Source: Candidatus Methylomirabilota bacterium (GTDB lineage: Bacteria > Methylomirabilota > Methylomirabilia > Rokubacteriales > CSP1-6). Taken from it: a stretch of 42,170 nt of DNA. Shown one piece after another: positions 1 to 7,969 of this stretch. Every line of letters begins with the position of its first letter. Position 1 is the first letter of the stretch. Under the pieces are notes generated by a model. That model was given only the letters and a program-made list of their open reading frames with translations, was not told the origin of the DNA and did not search any database. Both the position numbers and the translations under genes were made by a program. Location of the stretch: assembly GCA_035249225.1 (NCBI GenBank), contig DATFGS010000306.1, forward strand, positions 1 to 42,170, given 5' to 3'.

Positions 1-60
1 TCGCCTATGCTGCACGCGCCCACGTCGCTCGGGAGTGAACCTCCTGCTCGGGAGGAAGCC

Positions 61-1419
61 ATGGCCAGGCCACCGTTCTCGCTCGCCCCCCTCGATCGCC
101 GGCAGTTCCTCCGGACCTCCGCCGCCGCGGCGGGATTGTCGATGATGCCGGGCACCCTCGGCGCGCAGTCGGCCGGGCCCTGGGCCGCGCGGCCCGCGGG
201 CAACCCGGCGAGCGTGACCTTCGTGGTCTGGCAGTACGGCAAGATCTACGAGCAGATCGCCCAGCAGTTCGAGCAGGACTGGTCGGTCAAGGTCAACCAG
301 ATCATCGAGCCCAACGTCGAGCCCCAGGTGGCGAAGCTCACCGCGATGTACGCGGCCGGCGATACCGTCGACGTCTCGCAGTCGCCCATGCAGTACCTCG
401 CGAGCTACATCGACCAGGGCATCGCCACGCCAATCGACGGCCTGCCGGGCGTGGACCAGTACGTGCGGGACTTCACCCCGTTCACCAAGGCCATTGCCCA
501 GCGCGACGGCAAGACCTGGGGCCTCCCCTACTTCTCCACGGTCTGGGTCTTCATCTACAACGACGACCTGCTCACCAAGGCCGGCTTCAAGGGCAAGCCG
601 TTCAAGAGCTATCCCGAGCTGCTCGAGCAGTGCCGCAAGGCCAAGAAGGACGGGGTCAGCAAGTACCCGATCCTCTGGGTCGCCGGCGCGGGGTTCGAGC
701 AGCTCCCCGCGACCTGGTTCAGCATGACCCACAACCGCGGCGGGGTGATCTTCGACAAGCAGCTCGCGCCCCAGCTCGGGGCCGGGTCCATCGCGCGCGA
801 GACGCTCAAGTGGTGGCAAAACACGTTCAAGGAGGAGCTGGCGGATCCCAACTCGCTCAACCTCCGCTTCATCCCGGCGGTGAAGGCGTTCAACGCGGGC
901 CAGCACGTCTACCTCGGCACGCTCCACCACTACTACGTGAGCCTCGTGAACGACGCGGCCAACTCCCCGATCGCGGGCAAGGGCCGCGTGGTCGGGCACC
1001 CGGGCGACGGCAAGACCATCGGGTACACGATGCTCTACATTCTGCCGAGCGCGACGAAGAACAAGGAGTGGGCCTGGAAGCTGCTCCAGTACCTGGGCGG
1101 CCGCACCAAGGACGGGCAGTACACCCAGGCCAACCGCCTGGCCACCGACGCCATGCTCGGCAGCGGCTACCAGTCGGTGATGGACAGCGATCTCCTCAAG
1201 CGGGGCTGGGCGAAGTGGGGCGACGTGCCGACCATCCTCGACGTCTGGAAGCGTGCGTCCAACTTCTCCGACGTGGTGCCCGCGGTCTCCCAGAAGTGGT
1301 ATCCGCGCTGGAGCGACGCGATGAACGTGGAGCTGACCGCGTGCCTGCAGGGCAAGATCACCGCGGACCAGGCGTGCGACAACATGGTCGCGGCCATCGC
1401 GAAGGCCAAGAGCGCCTGA
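61..1419 (+). CDS. ABC transporter extracellular solute-binding protein (sugar type) with Tat signal
   Basis: In frame with ORF 7..1419. The ATG at 61 follows GGGAGGAAG. The N-terminus RRQFLRTSAAAAGLSMM is a twin-arginine signal. Two permease genes follow. Confidence 0.9.
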   Translation: MARPPFSLAPLDRRQFLRTSAAAAGLSMMPGTLGAQSAGPWAARPAGNPASVTFVVWQYGKIYEQIAQQFEQDWSVKVNQIIEPNVEPQVAKLTAMYAAGDTVDVSQSPMQYLASYIDQGIATPIDGLPGVDQYVRDFTPFTKAIAQRDGKTWGLPYFSTVWVFIYNDDLLTKAGFKGKPFKSYPELLEQCRKAKKDGVSKYPILWVAGAGFEQLPATWFSMTHNRGGVIFDKQLAPQLGAGSIARETLKWWQNTFKEELADPNSLNLRFIPAVKAFNAGQHVYLGTLHHYYVSLVNDAANSPIAGKGRVVGHPGDGKTIGYTMLYILPSATKNKEWAWKLLQYLGGRTKDGQYTQANRLATDAMLGSGYQSVMDSDLLKRGWAKWGDVPTILDVWKRASNFSDVVPAVSQKWYPRWSDAMNVELTACLQGKITADQACDNMVAAIAKAKSA

Positions 1420-1445
1420 CCTCCCCGTCGACCCCGGGGCACACC

Positions 1446-2363
1446 GTGAGCCCGGCGACCGCGCTCCGGCGCGGCGAGCTGTCGGCGGGGCGGCTCGCGG
1501 CGCTGATGAACGCGCCGTCGATCGCCTGCCTGACGCTGGTGCTGGCCTACCCGATCGTCTACGCGGGCTACCTCTCGCTGCACGAGGTGAGCCTCCGCCA
1601 GCTCCGTACCGGCGAGTTCCCGTTCGCGGGCCTCGCCAACTTCGCGCGCCTCGTCCGCGACGAGCTCTTCTGGCTCTCGCTCAAGCACACGCTCGTCTTC
1701 GTCGCCGCCTCGGTGGTCCTCGAGGTGGTGATCGCGCTCGTCATCGCGCTGATCGTGAACGAGGAGCGGGTGTGGCTCTCCCGGGTGACCCGCGTGCTGA
1801 TCCTCGTCCCGTGGGCGGTGCCCCCGATCGTCAACGGGCTGCTCTGGTCGTTCATCCTCAACGCCCAGTACGGCTACCTGAACCGGGTGCTGGCCGCGCT
1901 CGGTCTCATCGACGGCTACGTGAACTGGCTCGGCCACCCCACCTTCGCGATGGCGGCGGTGATCGTCGCCTACGTCTGGCGCACCACCCCGTTCAACATC
2001 CTCCTCTACCACGCGGCGCTGCAGGGCATCCCCCGCGAGCTCTACGAGGCGGCGGAGGTGGACGGGGCCTCGGGCTGGGGCGCGTTCTGGGGCCTCACCC
2101 TGCCCCTGCTCCGCCCGATCATCGCGGTGACCCTGATCCTCCGCACCACCTTCGCGTTCATGGTCTTCGACGAGATCCTCGCCATCACCCAGGGCGGGCC
2201 CGGCAACGACACCTGGGTCGCGGCCTGGTACACCTACCGGATGTCCTTCCAGCCGCCGTTCAACATCGGCCTCGGCGCGGCGTCCGCGTGGGCGCTCACC
2301 CTGATCATCGGGGCCTTCGCGCTCCTCTACGTGCGCTTCGTCTACCGGCGGGTGGAGTGGTGA
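1446..2363 (+). CDS. Sugar ABC transporter permease (MalF/UgpA-like)
   Basis: GTG at 1446 in the frame of ORF 630..2363. Multi-TM sequence with the EAAxxDGA permease loop (YEAAEVDGASGW). Confidence 0.88.
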   Translation: MSPATALRRGELSAGRLAALMNAPSIACLTLVLAYPIVYAGYLSLHEVSLRQLRTGEFPFAGLANFARLVRDELFWLSLKHTLVFVAASVVLEVVIALVIALIVNEERVWLSRVTRVLILVPWAVPPIVNGLLWSFILNAQYGYLNRVLAALGLIDGYVNWLGHPTFAMAAVIVAYVWRTTPFNILLYHAALQGIPRELYEAAEVDGASGWGAFWGLTLPLLRPIIAVTLILRTTFAFMVFDEILAITQGGPGNDTWVAAWYTYRMSFQPPFNIGLGAASAWALTLIIGAFALLYVRFVYRRVEW

Positions 2364-3250
2364 GCCGGCACCTGTCGTGGCCGCGGCGGGTGGCGCTCTG
2401 GATCGCGAACCTCGCGGCGATCGCGTTCCTGATCGCGCCGCTCCTGCCGCTCGTCCTGTCGAGCGTGCAGTCGGAGAAGACGCTCCAGGGCGACACGCGG
2501 GCGCTCCTGCCGCGCGAGTACACCGCGGCCAACTTCCGGCTCATCCTCTCCGCGGGCGCCCAGCGCGGGCCCATCTTCGAGCAGGTGTCCTACCTGCCCA
2601 AGTCGGTCGAGCGCTTCCCGGCCGCGTTCCTCAACAGCCTCCTCGTCGGCGTCGCGGTCACCCTGATCGCGCTGGCCCTGGCCAGCCTGTCCGCCTACAC
2701 GATCGCGCGCCTGAAGGTGCGCTGGACGCAGACCCTGCTCCAGATGAGCGCGATGAGCCGCATGGTGCCGCTGATCGTCCTCATGGTGCCGCTCTACGTG
2801 CTCTTCCGGACCTACGGGCTGCTCAACTCGCTCACCGGCGTGATCATCGCCGAGGTCGGCTTCCTGATCCCGTACGCGATCATGATCCTGGTGCCCTACT
2901 TCGCGTCCTTCCCCGGCGAGCTGGAGGACGCGGCCCGCATCGACGGCTGCACGCGCTTCAGCGCGTTCATGCGGATGATCCTGCCGCTCTCGACCCCGGG
3001 CCTGGCCGCCTGCGCGGTCATCCTGTTCATCATCTCGTGGCACGAGCTGCTGATCCCGCTCATCGTGGTCAGCCGGCCCGAGGCGATGACGGTGCCGGTG
3101 GTCCTGGCCGGTCTCGTCTCGGACTACTTCGTCTTCTTCACCCTCATGATGGCGATCTGCCTGCTCGGCCTCCTGCCCACGCTCCTCCTGGTGCTGCTCC
3201 TGCAGCGGTACGTGGTGCGCGGGCTGGTCTCGGGCGCGGTGAAAGGCTAG
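2360..3250 (+). CDS. Sugar ABC transporter permease (MalG/UgpE-like)
   Basis: GTG at 2360 overlaps the upstream TGA (GTGA). Carries the permease loop ELEDAARIDGCTRF. In the frame of ORF 1772..3250. Confidence 0.88.
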   Translation: MSRHLSWPRRVALWIANLAAIAFLIAPLLPLVLSSVQSEKTLQGDTRALLPREYTAANFRLILSAGAQRGPIFEQVSYLPKSVERFPAAFLNSLLVGVAVTLIALALASLSAYTIARLKVRWTQTLLQMSAMSRMVPLIVLMVPLYVLFRTYGLLNSLTGVIIAEVGFLIPYAIMILVPYFASFPGELEDAARIDGCTRFSAFMRMILPLSTPGLAACAVILFIISWHELLIPLIVVSRPEAMTVPVVLAGLVSDYFVFFTLMMAICLLGLLPTLLLVLLLQRYVVRGLVSGAVKG

Positions 3251-3252
3251 GC

Positions 3253-4269
3253 ATGCGCTTCGGGCTGATCGGCTACGGGCTCTGGGGCCGCCACCACGCG
3301 ACCGCCATCCGCAAGGCGCCCGGCGCGGTGCTCGCCGCCATCGCGTGCCGGAGCGAGGCGACCGCGGCCCTCGCGCGCCGCGACTTCCCGGACGTGCCGG
3401 TGCACCTCGACTACCGGACGCTCCTGGCCCGCCCCGACGTGGACGTCGCCGACGTCGTGGTCCCCAATCACCTCCACGAGGAGATCGGCGTCGCGGCCCT
3501 CGAGCACGGCAAGGACGTCCTGCTCGAGAAGCCGATGGCCGCGAGCGGGGCCGAGTGCGATCGCCTCCTCGCCGCGGCCCGCCGGAGCGGCCGCGTGCTC
3601 AGCATCGGCCACGAGCTCCGGCTCTCGACCCAGTGGGGCACCGTGAAGGCGATCATCGACGCGGGGGACATCGGGGAGCCCATGTACGCGCTCCACACCC
3701 TCTTCCGGTTTCCCTACCGGCCCGGCGCCGACGGCTGGCGTCACGACCGGTCGCGCGTGGGCTCCTGGATCCTCGAGGAGCCGGTCCACGCCTTCGATTC
3801 GTTGATGTGGTATCTCGAGGGTCACGGCGATCCGGTGTCGGTCCTGGCCACCGGCAACGGCCGCCGTCCGGAGGAGGGCATGGAGGACAACTTCACCGCG
3901 CTCCTGCGCTTCCGCGGCGGGGCCTACGCCGTCGTCACCGAGACGCTGGCCGCCTTCGAGTACCACCACGTGACCGAGGTCGTCGGGCGCGAGGGCGCGA
4001 TCCGGGCCTGGTGGTCGGGCACGCTGGACCGCACGCGCCGGCCCGCGTTCGAGCTCAAGGTGAAGCGGCGCGGCGGCGAGCCCGAGACCGTCGCCCTGGC
4101 CGCGTCCGGCGAGCTGTTCGAGCTGGAGGCGCAGCTCGCGCAGGCGGTCGTGGCCTTCCGGGAACGGCGGCCGCTCGTGTCGGGCGAGGAGGCGCGCAAG
4201 CGCGTGATCGTGTGCGTCGAGGCGGAGCGCTCGCTGCGCGAGGGCCGCGAGATCCCCCTCGGCTTCTGA
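3253..4269 (+). CDS. Gfo/Idh/MocA family NAD(P)-dependent oxidoreductase
   Basis: ATG at 3253, 3 nt after the permease stop. N-terminal Rossmann motif MRFGLIGYGLWG and the EKP motif (LLEKPMA). Confidence 0.88.
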   Translation: MRFGLIGYGLWGRHHATAIRKAPGAVLAAIACRSEATAALARRDFPDVPVHLDYRTLLARPDVDVADVVVPNHLHEEIGVAALEHGKDVLLEKPMAASGAECDRLLAAARRSGRVLSIGHELRLSTQWGTVKAIIDAGDIGEPMYALHTLFRFPYRPGADGWRHDRSRVGSWILEEPVHAFDSLMWYLEGHGDPVSVLATGNGRRPEEGMEDNFTALLRFRGGAYAVVTETLAAFEYHHVTEVVGREGAIRAWWSGTLDRTRRPAFELKVKRRGGEPETVALAASGELFELEAQLAQAVVAFRERRPLVSGEEARKRVIVCVEAERSLREGREIPLGF

Positions 4270-4318
4270 CCCTCCTCCCTCGGGCATTCTTCCGAGGATC
4301 CCAGGCAAGATGCCGTCC

Positions 4319-4344
4319 GCCCGGCCGGACCCGGCGGGCCGGGC
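4319..4344 (+). terminator. GC-rich hairpin after the oxidoreductase gene
   Basis: GCCCGGCC (4319-4326) pairs perfectly with GGCCGGGC (4337-4344) across a 10 nt loop. There is no U-tract. Confidence 0.35.
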
Positions 4345-4442
4345 CTCAGGACTTCCGCATAGTTGCGATGTGGCATTCCCGATGCTGGGCGTCTGCGCAG
4401 GAACCACGGTTGCTCACCCGCAGTCAGAACAGGAGGCCTCAC

Positions 4443-5489
4443 ATGGCGATCGATCAAGCGAGGCTCGACGCGCTCCTCGGCCGCGCCGTCGTGGACATCG
4501 GCGCAAACTTCCATGCCGCGCTGGTGGTCACCGGTGACAAGCTCGGGCTCTTCCGCGCGCTACGCGATCTCGGGCCGACCACTCCCGCCGACCTGGCCAA
4601 GCGCACGGATACCCACGAGCGGTACGTGCGCGAGTGGCTCTCCGCGATGGCCGCCGGCGGCTACGTCACCTACGAGGGCCCCACCGAGCGATTCTCTCTC
4701 TCGGAAGAGCAGGCCCTCGCCCTGCTGGACGCGGACCTGCCCGGCGCGTTCCTGCTCGCGCAGGCCACCGTGAAGTCCGAGCCGCGGATCACCGAGGCCT
4801 TCCGGTCCGGCAAGGGCATGGGCTGGCACGAGCACGATCCGGCGCTCTTCGAGGGCACCGAGCGATTCTTCCGGCCCGGGTACGCGATCAATCTCGTGCC
4901 CACGTGGATCCCGGCGCTCGAGGGCGTGCAGGCCAAGCTCGAGAAGGGCGGCCGCGTCGCCGACGTGGGCTGCGGCCACGGCTCCTCGACCATCCTCATG
5001 GCGAAGGCGTTTCCGGCGTCGCGCTTCGTGGGCTTCGACTACCACCAGGACTCGGTCGAGTGGGCGCGCAAGGCCGCGAAGCGTGAAGGCCTCGGCGAGC
5101 GCGTCACCTTCGAGGTGGCGGGGGCCGGCAACTATCCGGGCTCGGGCTACGACCTCGTCGCGTTCTTCGATTCGCTGCACGACATGGGCGATCCGGTCGG
5201 CATCGGCAGCCATGTGCGCCGGTCGCTCGGATCGGGCGGGACGTGGATGCTGGTCGAGCCGTTCGCGAACGACCGGCTCGAGGACAACCTGAATCCGGTC
5301 GGCCGGCTCTACTACGGCGCGTCGACGATGCTGTGCACGCCGAACTCGCTCTCCCAGGAAGTCGGCACGGCGCTCGGCGCGCAGGCCGGCGAGGCCCGCC
5401 TGAGGCAGGTGGCCAAGAAGGCCGGCTTCACGCGGTTCCGGCGGGCGGCGGAGACCCCGTTCAACCTGGTGCTGGAAGCCCGCGCGTGA
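4443..5489 (+). CDS. Class I SAM-dependent methyltransferase with N-terminal winged-helix-like domain
   Basis: ATG at 4443 after AGGAGG. SAM motif I VADVGCGHGSS. The N-terminal 90 aa resemble the dimerisation/HTH domain of O-methyltransferase-like proteins. Confidence 0.85.
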   Translation: MAIDQARLDALLGRAVVDIGANFHAALVVTGDKLGLFRALRDLGPTTPADLAKRTDTHERYVREWLSAMAAGGYVTYEGPTERFSLSEEQALALLDADLPGAFLLAQATVKSEPRITEAFRSGKGMGWHEHDPALFEGTERFFRPGYAINLVPTWIPALEGVQAKLEKGGRVADVGCGHGSSTILMAKAFPASRFVGFDYHQDSVEWARKAAKREGLGERVTFEVAGAGNYPGSGYDLVAFFDSLHDMGDPVGIGSHVRRSLGSGGTWMLVEPFANDRLEDNLNPVGRLYYGASTMLCTPNSLSQEVGTALGAQAGEARLRQVAKKAGFTRFRRAAETPFNLVLEARA

Positions 5490-5500
5490 CGAGGGCGAAG

Positions 5501-5529
5501 CCGAAGGGGGCCCCGTCGGCCCCCTTCGG
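5501..5529. terminator. Bidirectional terminator hairpin between convergent genes
   Basis: CCGAAGGGGGCC (5501-5512) pairs perfectly with GGCCCCCTTCGG (5518-5529) across a 5 nt loop. Confidence 0.6.
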
Positions 5530-5537
5530 TCGCCCCC

Positions 5538-5795
5538 TCACTTGCGGGTGAAGAACTCCTTGATCGTCTGGCCGCTGAACTTGGCGCCCTCGACGATCGT
5601 GTTGCCGATGCCCTTGGCGGTTTCCTTGACGCCCGTGCCGACACTGCCCTGACCGATCTGCCTGGCGCCCTGCTGCACCTGCTGGGTCGCCGCGTCGACC
5701 TTGGTCTTGTCGGCGGCGCCCGCCGGCCCGCAGGACAAGCCGGCGGCCAGGACCACGGCCGGCGTGACGAGCCACGCCCGAGCTCTTCGCGTCAT
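5538..5795 (-). CDS. Small secreted protein (85 aa), paralogue of 11263..11526
   Basis: Internal ATG at 5795 preceded by AAGGAGGAG. Signal peptide MTRRARAWLVTPAVVLAAGLSCGPAGA followed by ADKTKVD. High GC3. A near-identical paralogue lies 5.7 kb away. Confidence 0.8.
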   Translation of the reverse strand: MTRRARAWLVTPAVVLAAGLSCGPAGAADKTKVDAATQQVQQGARQIGQGSVGTGVKETAKGIGNTIVEGAKFSGQTIKEFFTRK

Positions 5796-6084
5796 GATGC
5801 TCCTCCTTGCTTTGCGCAGCCATCGCGCGTTCGTCGGGGCCCACCCTCTAGTGAACAGCAAGGCGCGTTCCACGTGCACGTCCTGCAATTTCTCGCGGAG
5901 TTAGCCGCCGCCTACCGAGTCGGCCGGCCGCGTGCCGGTATGCCTTACCGTGCAAGAACTCCCCGCCGTGAACGCGGGGCGACCCCGCGGGTCCGTCGAA
6001 GTCCTCACGGTTGTGGCGATCCCGTCCTGGCATGTCAGGTGCTGGGTTCTTGGCGGAGGCGAACAACTCGACAGGGAGGAACCG

Positions 6085-6489
6085 ATGGTCCAGAGCAAGA
6101 GACTACTTGCCGCCGCTCTCGCGGCGGGCGCGCTGATCGCTCCGGTGGCCGTCTCCGCCAATCACGTTCGATTCGATGGTGTCCCGTCCACCTCGGTCCC
6201 GCCGGTGGTCGTCTCGCCGCCCGCGGTGGTGGTGCCGGCGCCGGCGCAGACGCTGCAGGCCGACGAGATCGAGGCCGGGGTGGTGCGCGCGAGCATCATC
6301 TACGCGAACAAGCTCACCGCCGATGAGGTCCGCGGCGCGGTGCATCAGAGCCGCGGCCTGAAGGTCCAGGACAGCCAGGGCAAGATCAAGGCCCCCGAGG
6401 TGGCGGCCTCGGTCATCTACGCCGACGAGATCTCGGCGAACACGGTGGTGGCCGACACGATCTACGTTCGCGAGCTGAAGCGGCACTGA
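6085..6489 (+). CDS. Secreted protein (134 aa) with Pro/Val linker and three degenerate IYA repeats
   Basis: ATG at 6085 after AGGGAGGAA. Signal peptide MVQSKRLLAAALAAGALIAPVAVSA. Repeats are VRASIIYANKLTADEV, VAASVIYADEISANTV and VVADTIYVRELK. Confidence 0.75.
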   Translation: MVQSKRLLAAALAAGALIAPVAVSANHVRFDGVPSTSVPPVVVSPPAVVVPAPAQTLQADEIEAGVVRASIIYANKLTADEVRGAVHQSRGLKVQDSQGKIKAPEVAASVIYADEISANTVVADTIYVRELKRH

Positions 6490-6507
6490 CGGTTCCGCCG
6501 CGCGGCG

Positions 6508-6534
6508 GGGGCCTGGTCCACGAGACCAGGCCCC
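6508..6534. terminator. Bidirectional terminator hairpin
   Basis: GGGGCCTGGTC (6508-6518) pairs perfectly with GACCAGGCCCC (6524-6534) across a 5 nt loop. It lies between convergent genes. Confidence 0.6.
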
Positions 6535-6541
6535 TTGCCGC

Positions 6542-6880
6542 TCAGGGCGACTGCGACGGCTCCGCCCTCGCGGGGCTGGGCGACGGCCCCGTCAGGGCCG
6601 GGCGGCACTCGTAGACCCGGTCGCCCACCAGCCGCAGCATCGTGTCGTCCGCCCCGATCCGGCGCAGGAACAGGACGGCCCGGGCGACCCGGGCCCGGCG
6701 GGCCGCGACGGCCTCATCGCACGCCTCCCTCGAAGCGTACGTGAAGCGCCCGGGGGCCCAGTCGAGGCGATCGAGCGTGGCGCTCCTCCAGATGACGTAC
6801 TCGTCCGCCGCGGCCGCCGACACGTCCGCCAGTGCGTGCAATCCGATCAGGAACGCCAGGCCCCACCGGCCGATCGCCAT
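6542..6880 (-). CDS. Small secreted hypothetical protein (112 aa, 2 Cys)
   Basis: ATG at 6880. N-terminal hydrophobic signal MAIGRWGLAFLIGLHALADVSAAAA. Consistently high GC3 on this strand. Confidence 0.65.
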   Translation of the reverse strand: MAIGRWGLAFLIGLHALADVSAAAADEYVIWRSATLDRLDWAPGRFTYASREACDEAVAARRARVARAVLFLRRIGADDTMLRLVGDRVYECRPALTGPSPSPARAEPSQSP

Positions 6881-6953
6881 GGCCGCGCCCTCCGTGAGCC
6901 GTAGTAGCACACTCCGGTGGAACGGTCCACGCGAGCGCCTGTATCCTGGGAGC

Positions 6954-7178
6954 GTGATCACCCGCCGGGAGCTCGAGCGATGGCTGCTGCGCGAAGGAGC
7001 GGTCCGGGTGAAGCGCGCCGACGGGCACAAGCACTTCACCCTGCGCGGCCGTCACGTCGTGGTGCTCGGCCACGGCCCGCAGACGCTCAGCGCCACCAGC
7101 GTCTCCCTCGTGATGAAGCAGCTCGAGCAGGCCGGCTACAGCCGGGAGCGGCTCCGGCAGGAGTGGGGCGGCGAGTGA
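6954..7178 (+). CDS. hicA: HicA-like (YcfA family) type II toxin, mRNA interferase
   Basis: GTG at 6954. The sequence LLREGAVRVKRADGHKHFTLRGRHVVVLGHGPQTLSATSVSLVMKQLEQAG follows the HicA pattern (G-x-H-x-x-F, then the hydrophobic strand and a K-Q-L/AG tail). Confidence 0.75.
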   Translation: MITRRELERWLLREGAVRVKRADGHKHFTLRGRHVVVLGHGPQTLSATSVSLVMKQLEQAGYSRERLRQEWGGE

Positions 7179-7186
7179 CCCCGCGG

Positions 7187-7396
7187 TCACGCCTTGCGCT
7201 TGCGCCGCTCCCGGATCTCCCGCAGGACCGCGGAGAGGCCGCTCCGGTCCTTCCGCGGTCCCAGCGCCGTCGACCGGCGGGCGGGGGTGGCGAGCGACGA
7301 GTTGTGGTGGCACACGAGGCAGTACTCGCCCCGCACCGCCGCGCAGTCCTTCAGCGCGTGGTCGCAGCGCCGCTCGCTCTTGCAGGCGAAGGACAT
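7187..7396 (-). CDS. Cys/His-rich basic microprotein (69 aa), unknown function
   Basis: ATG at 7396. Very high GC3 on the minus strand. Metal-ligand-like residues are C5, C11, H13, C18, C26, C29, H30 and H31. Basic tail REIRERRKRKA. Confidence 0.65.
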   Translation of the reverse strand: MSFACKSERRCDHALKDCAAVRGEYCLVCHHNSSLATPARRSTALGPRKDRSGLSAVLREIRERRKRKA

Positions 7397-7414
7397 CGCG
7401 GGCGGGTCGCGCGC

Positions 7415-7570
7415 CTAGGGCCGGCCGCGCAGGAAGTGGACGATCAGCATGATGACGGCCACGACCAGGAGCACGTGGATCAGGCCGCCGGCCAGGTGCA
7501 CCACGAACAGGTCGAGGGCCCACAGGACGAAGAGAACGACGAAGGCGATCAGGAAGTTCGATTTGAACAT
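7415..7570 (-). CDS. lmo0937-family small membrane protein (51 aa), not in the ORF track
   Basis: Hand-translated as MFKSNFLIAFVVLFVLWALDLFVVHLAGGLIHVLLVVAVIMLIVHFLRGRP*. ATG at 7570 after GGGAGA and TAG at 7415-7417. The GGLIH..LLV.AVI...GR signature is typical of the lmo0937 family. Confidence 0.75.
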   Translation of the reverse strand: MFKSNFLIAFVVLFVLWALDLFVVHLAGGLIHVLLVVAVIMLIVHFLRGRP

Positions 7571-7601
7571 GGGGGTCTCCCGTTTCGAGTCAGCAGCGTG
7601 A

Positions 7602-7796
7602 TCAGCTCCCGCTCCAGATGTTGTCCGCGACTTTCCGGCCGTCCCGCTTCGCGGTGTACGCGACCGTCAAGCTCGTCCCGGGGCTGAGCCCGCCCGCAGT
7701 CTGCTTGCTCGTCAGGAAGATCTTGGTGCCGTTCTCGAGCACGATGTGGTCCTCGTGGCGCTCCCGGAGGATGCCGACGATGACGCCTCCCGCCAT
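7602..7796 (-). CDS. Small cytosolic hypothetical protein (64 aa)
   Basis: Internal ATG at 7796 in ORF 7602..7853. Product begins MAGGVIVGILRERHEDHIVLENGTKIFL. High GC3. First gene of a three-microprotein operon. Confidence 0.6.
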   Translation of the reverse strand: MAGGVIVGILRERHEDHIVLENGTKIFLTSKQTAGGLSPGTSLTVAYTAKRDGRKVADNIWSGS

Positions 7797-7896
7797 GGGA
7801 ACCTCTGTCGTACCGTGAGAGGGAGGGCAAGACCAGATTCCGCGGGACCGCAACGCCGAACGCGTCGAACCAGGAGATCCCGCGGGAGGCGATCAA

Positions 7897-7905
7897 ACTG
7901 TAGCA
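7897..7905 (-). promoter_or_regulatory. Extended -10 promoter candidate (TGcTACAGT) for the microprotein operon
   Basis: The minus strand reads TGCTACAGT, one of four TGCTAnnnT motifs found in intergenic DNA in this window. Confidence 0.35.
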
Positions 7906-7933
7906 CGGAACGAGCGCCTCCGGTCGCCCGGTC

Positions 7934-7962
7934 TTGATTCGCGCGCCGCGCGCAAGTAGGCT
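7934..7962 (+). promoter_or_regulatory. Sigma70-like promoter TTGATT-N17-TAGGCT, giving a leaderless Ldh2 transcript
   Basis: TTGATT at 7934-7939, a 17 nt spacer, then TAGGCT at 7957-7962. The ATG at 7970 lies 7 nt after the -10 and has no SD. Confidence 0.45.
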
Positions 7963-7969
7963 CGGCGTC

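Noticed and set aside
2092-2111. CCTCACCCTGCCCCTGCTCC inside the first permease gene, which resembles the 5' flank of the REP-like element.
   Set aside because: It has no palindromic arm. It encodes the common ABC-permease peptide LTLPLLRP, so the resemblance is coincidental.
4270-4442. A possible SAH/SAM-type riboswitch in the 173 nt leader of the methyltransferase gene, because CCACGGTTGCTCACCC loosely resembles the SAH riboswitch 3' strand.
   Set aside because: I could not find the complementary 5' strand or the conserved AGGCUC core. The gene context (a generic methyltransferase, not SAH recycling) does not fit either. An Rfam/Infernal scan would settle it.
5932-6084. A longer 185 aa form of the secreted repeat protein starting at 5932.
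   Set aside because: The extension has no signal-peptide character and no RBS. The ATG at 6085 follows AGGGAGGAA and immediately gives a canonical signal peptide.
7194-7418. The plus-strand 74 aa ORF opposite the Cys-rich microprotein, as a possible HicB-like antitoxin after hicA.
   Set aside because: It is Arg/Ser-rich and low in complexity, with poor GC3 and no RBS or HicB motifs. The minus-strand frame has the coding signature.
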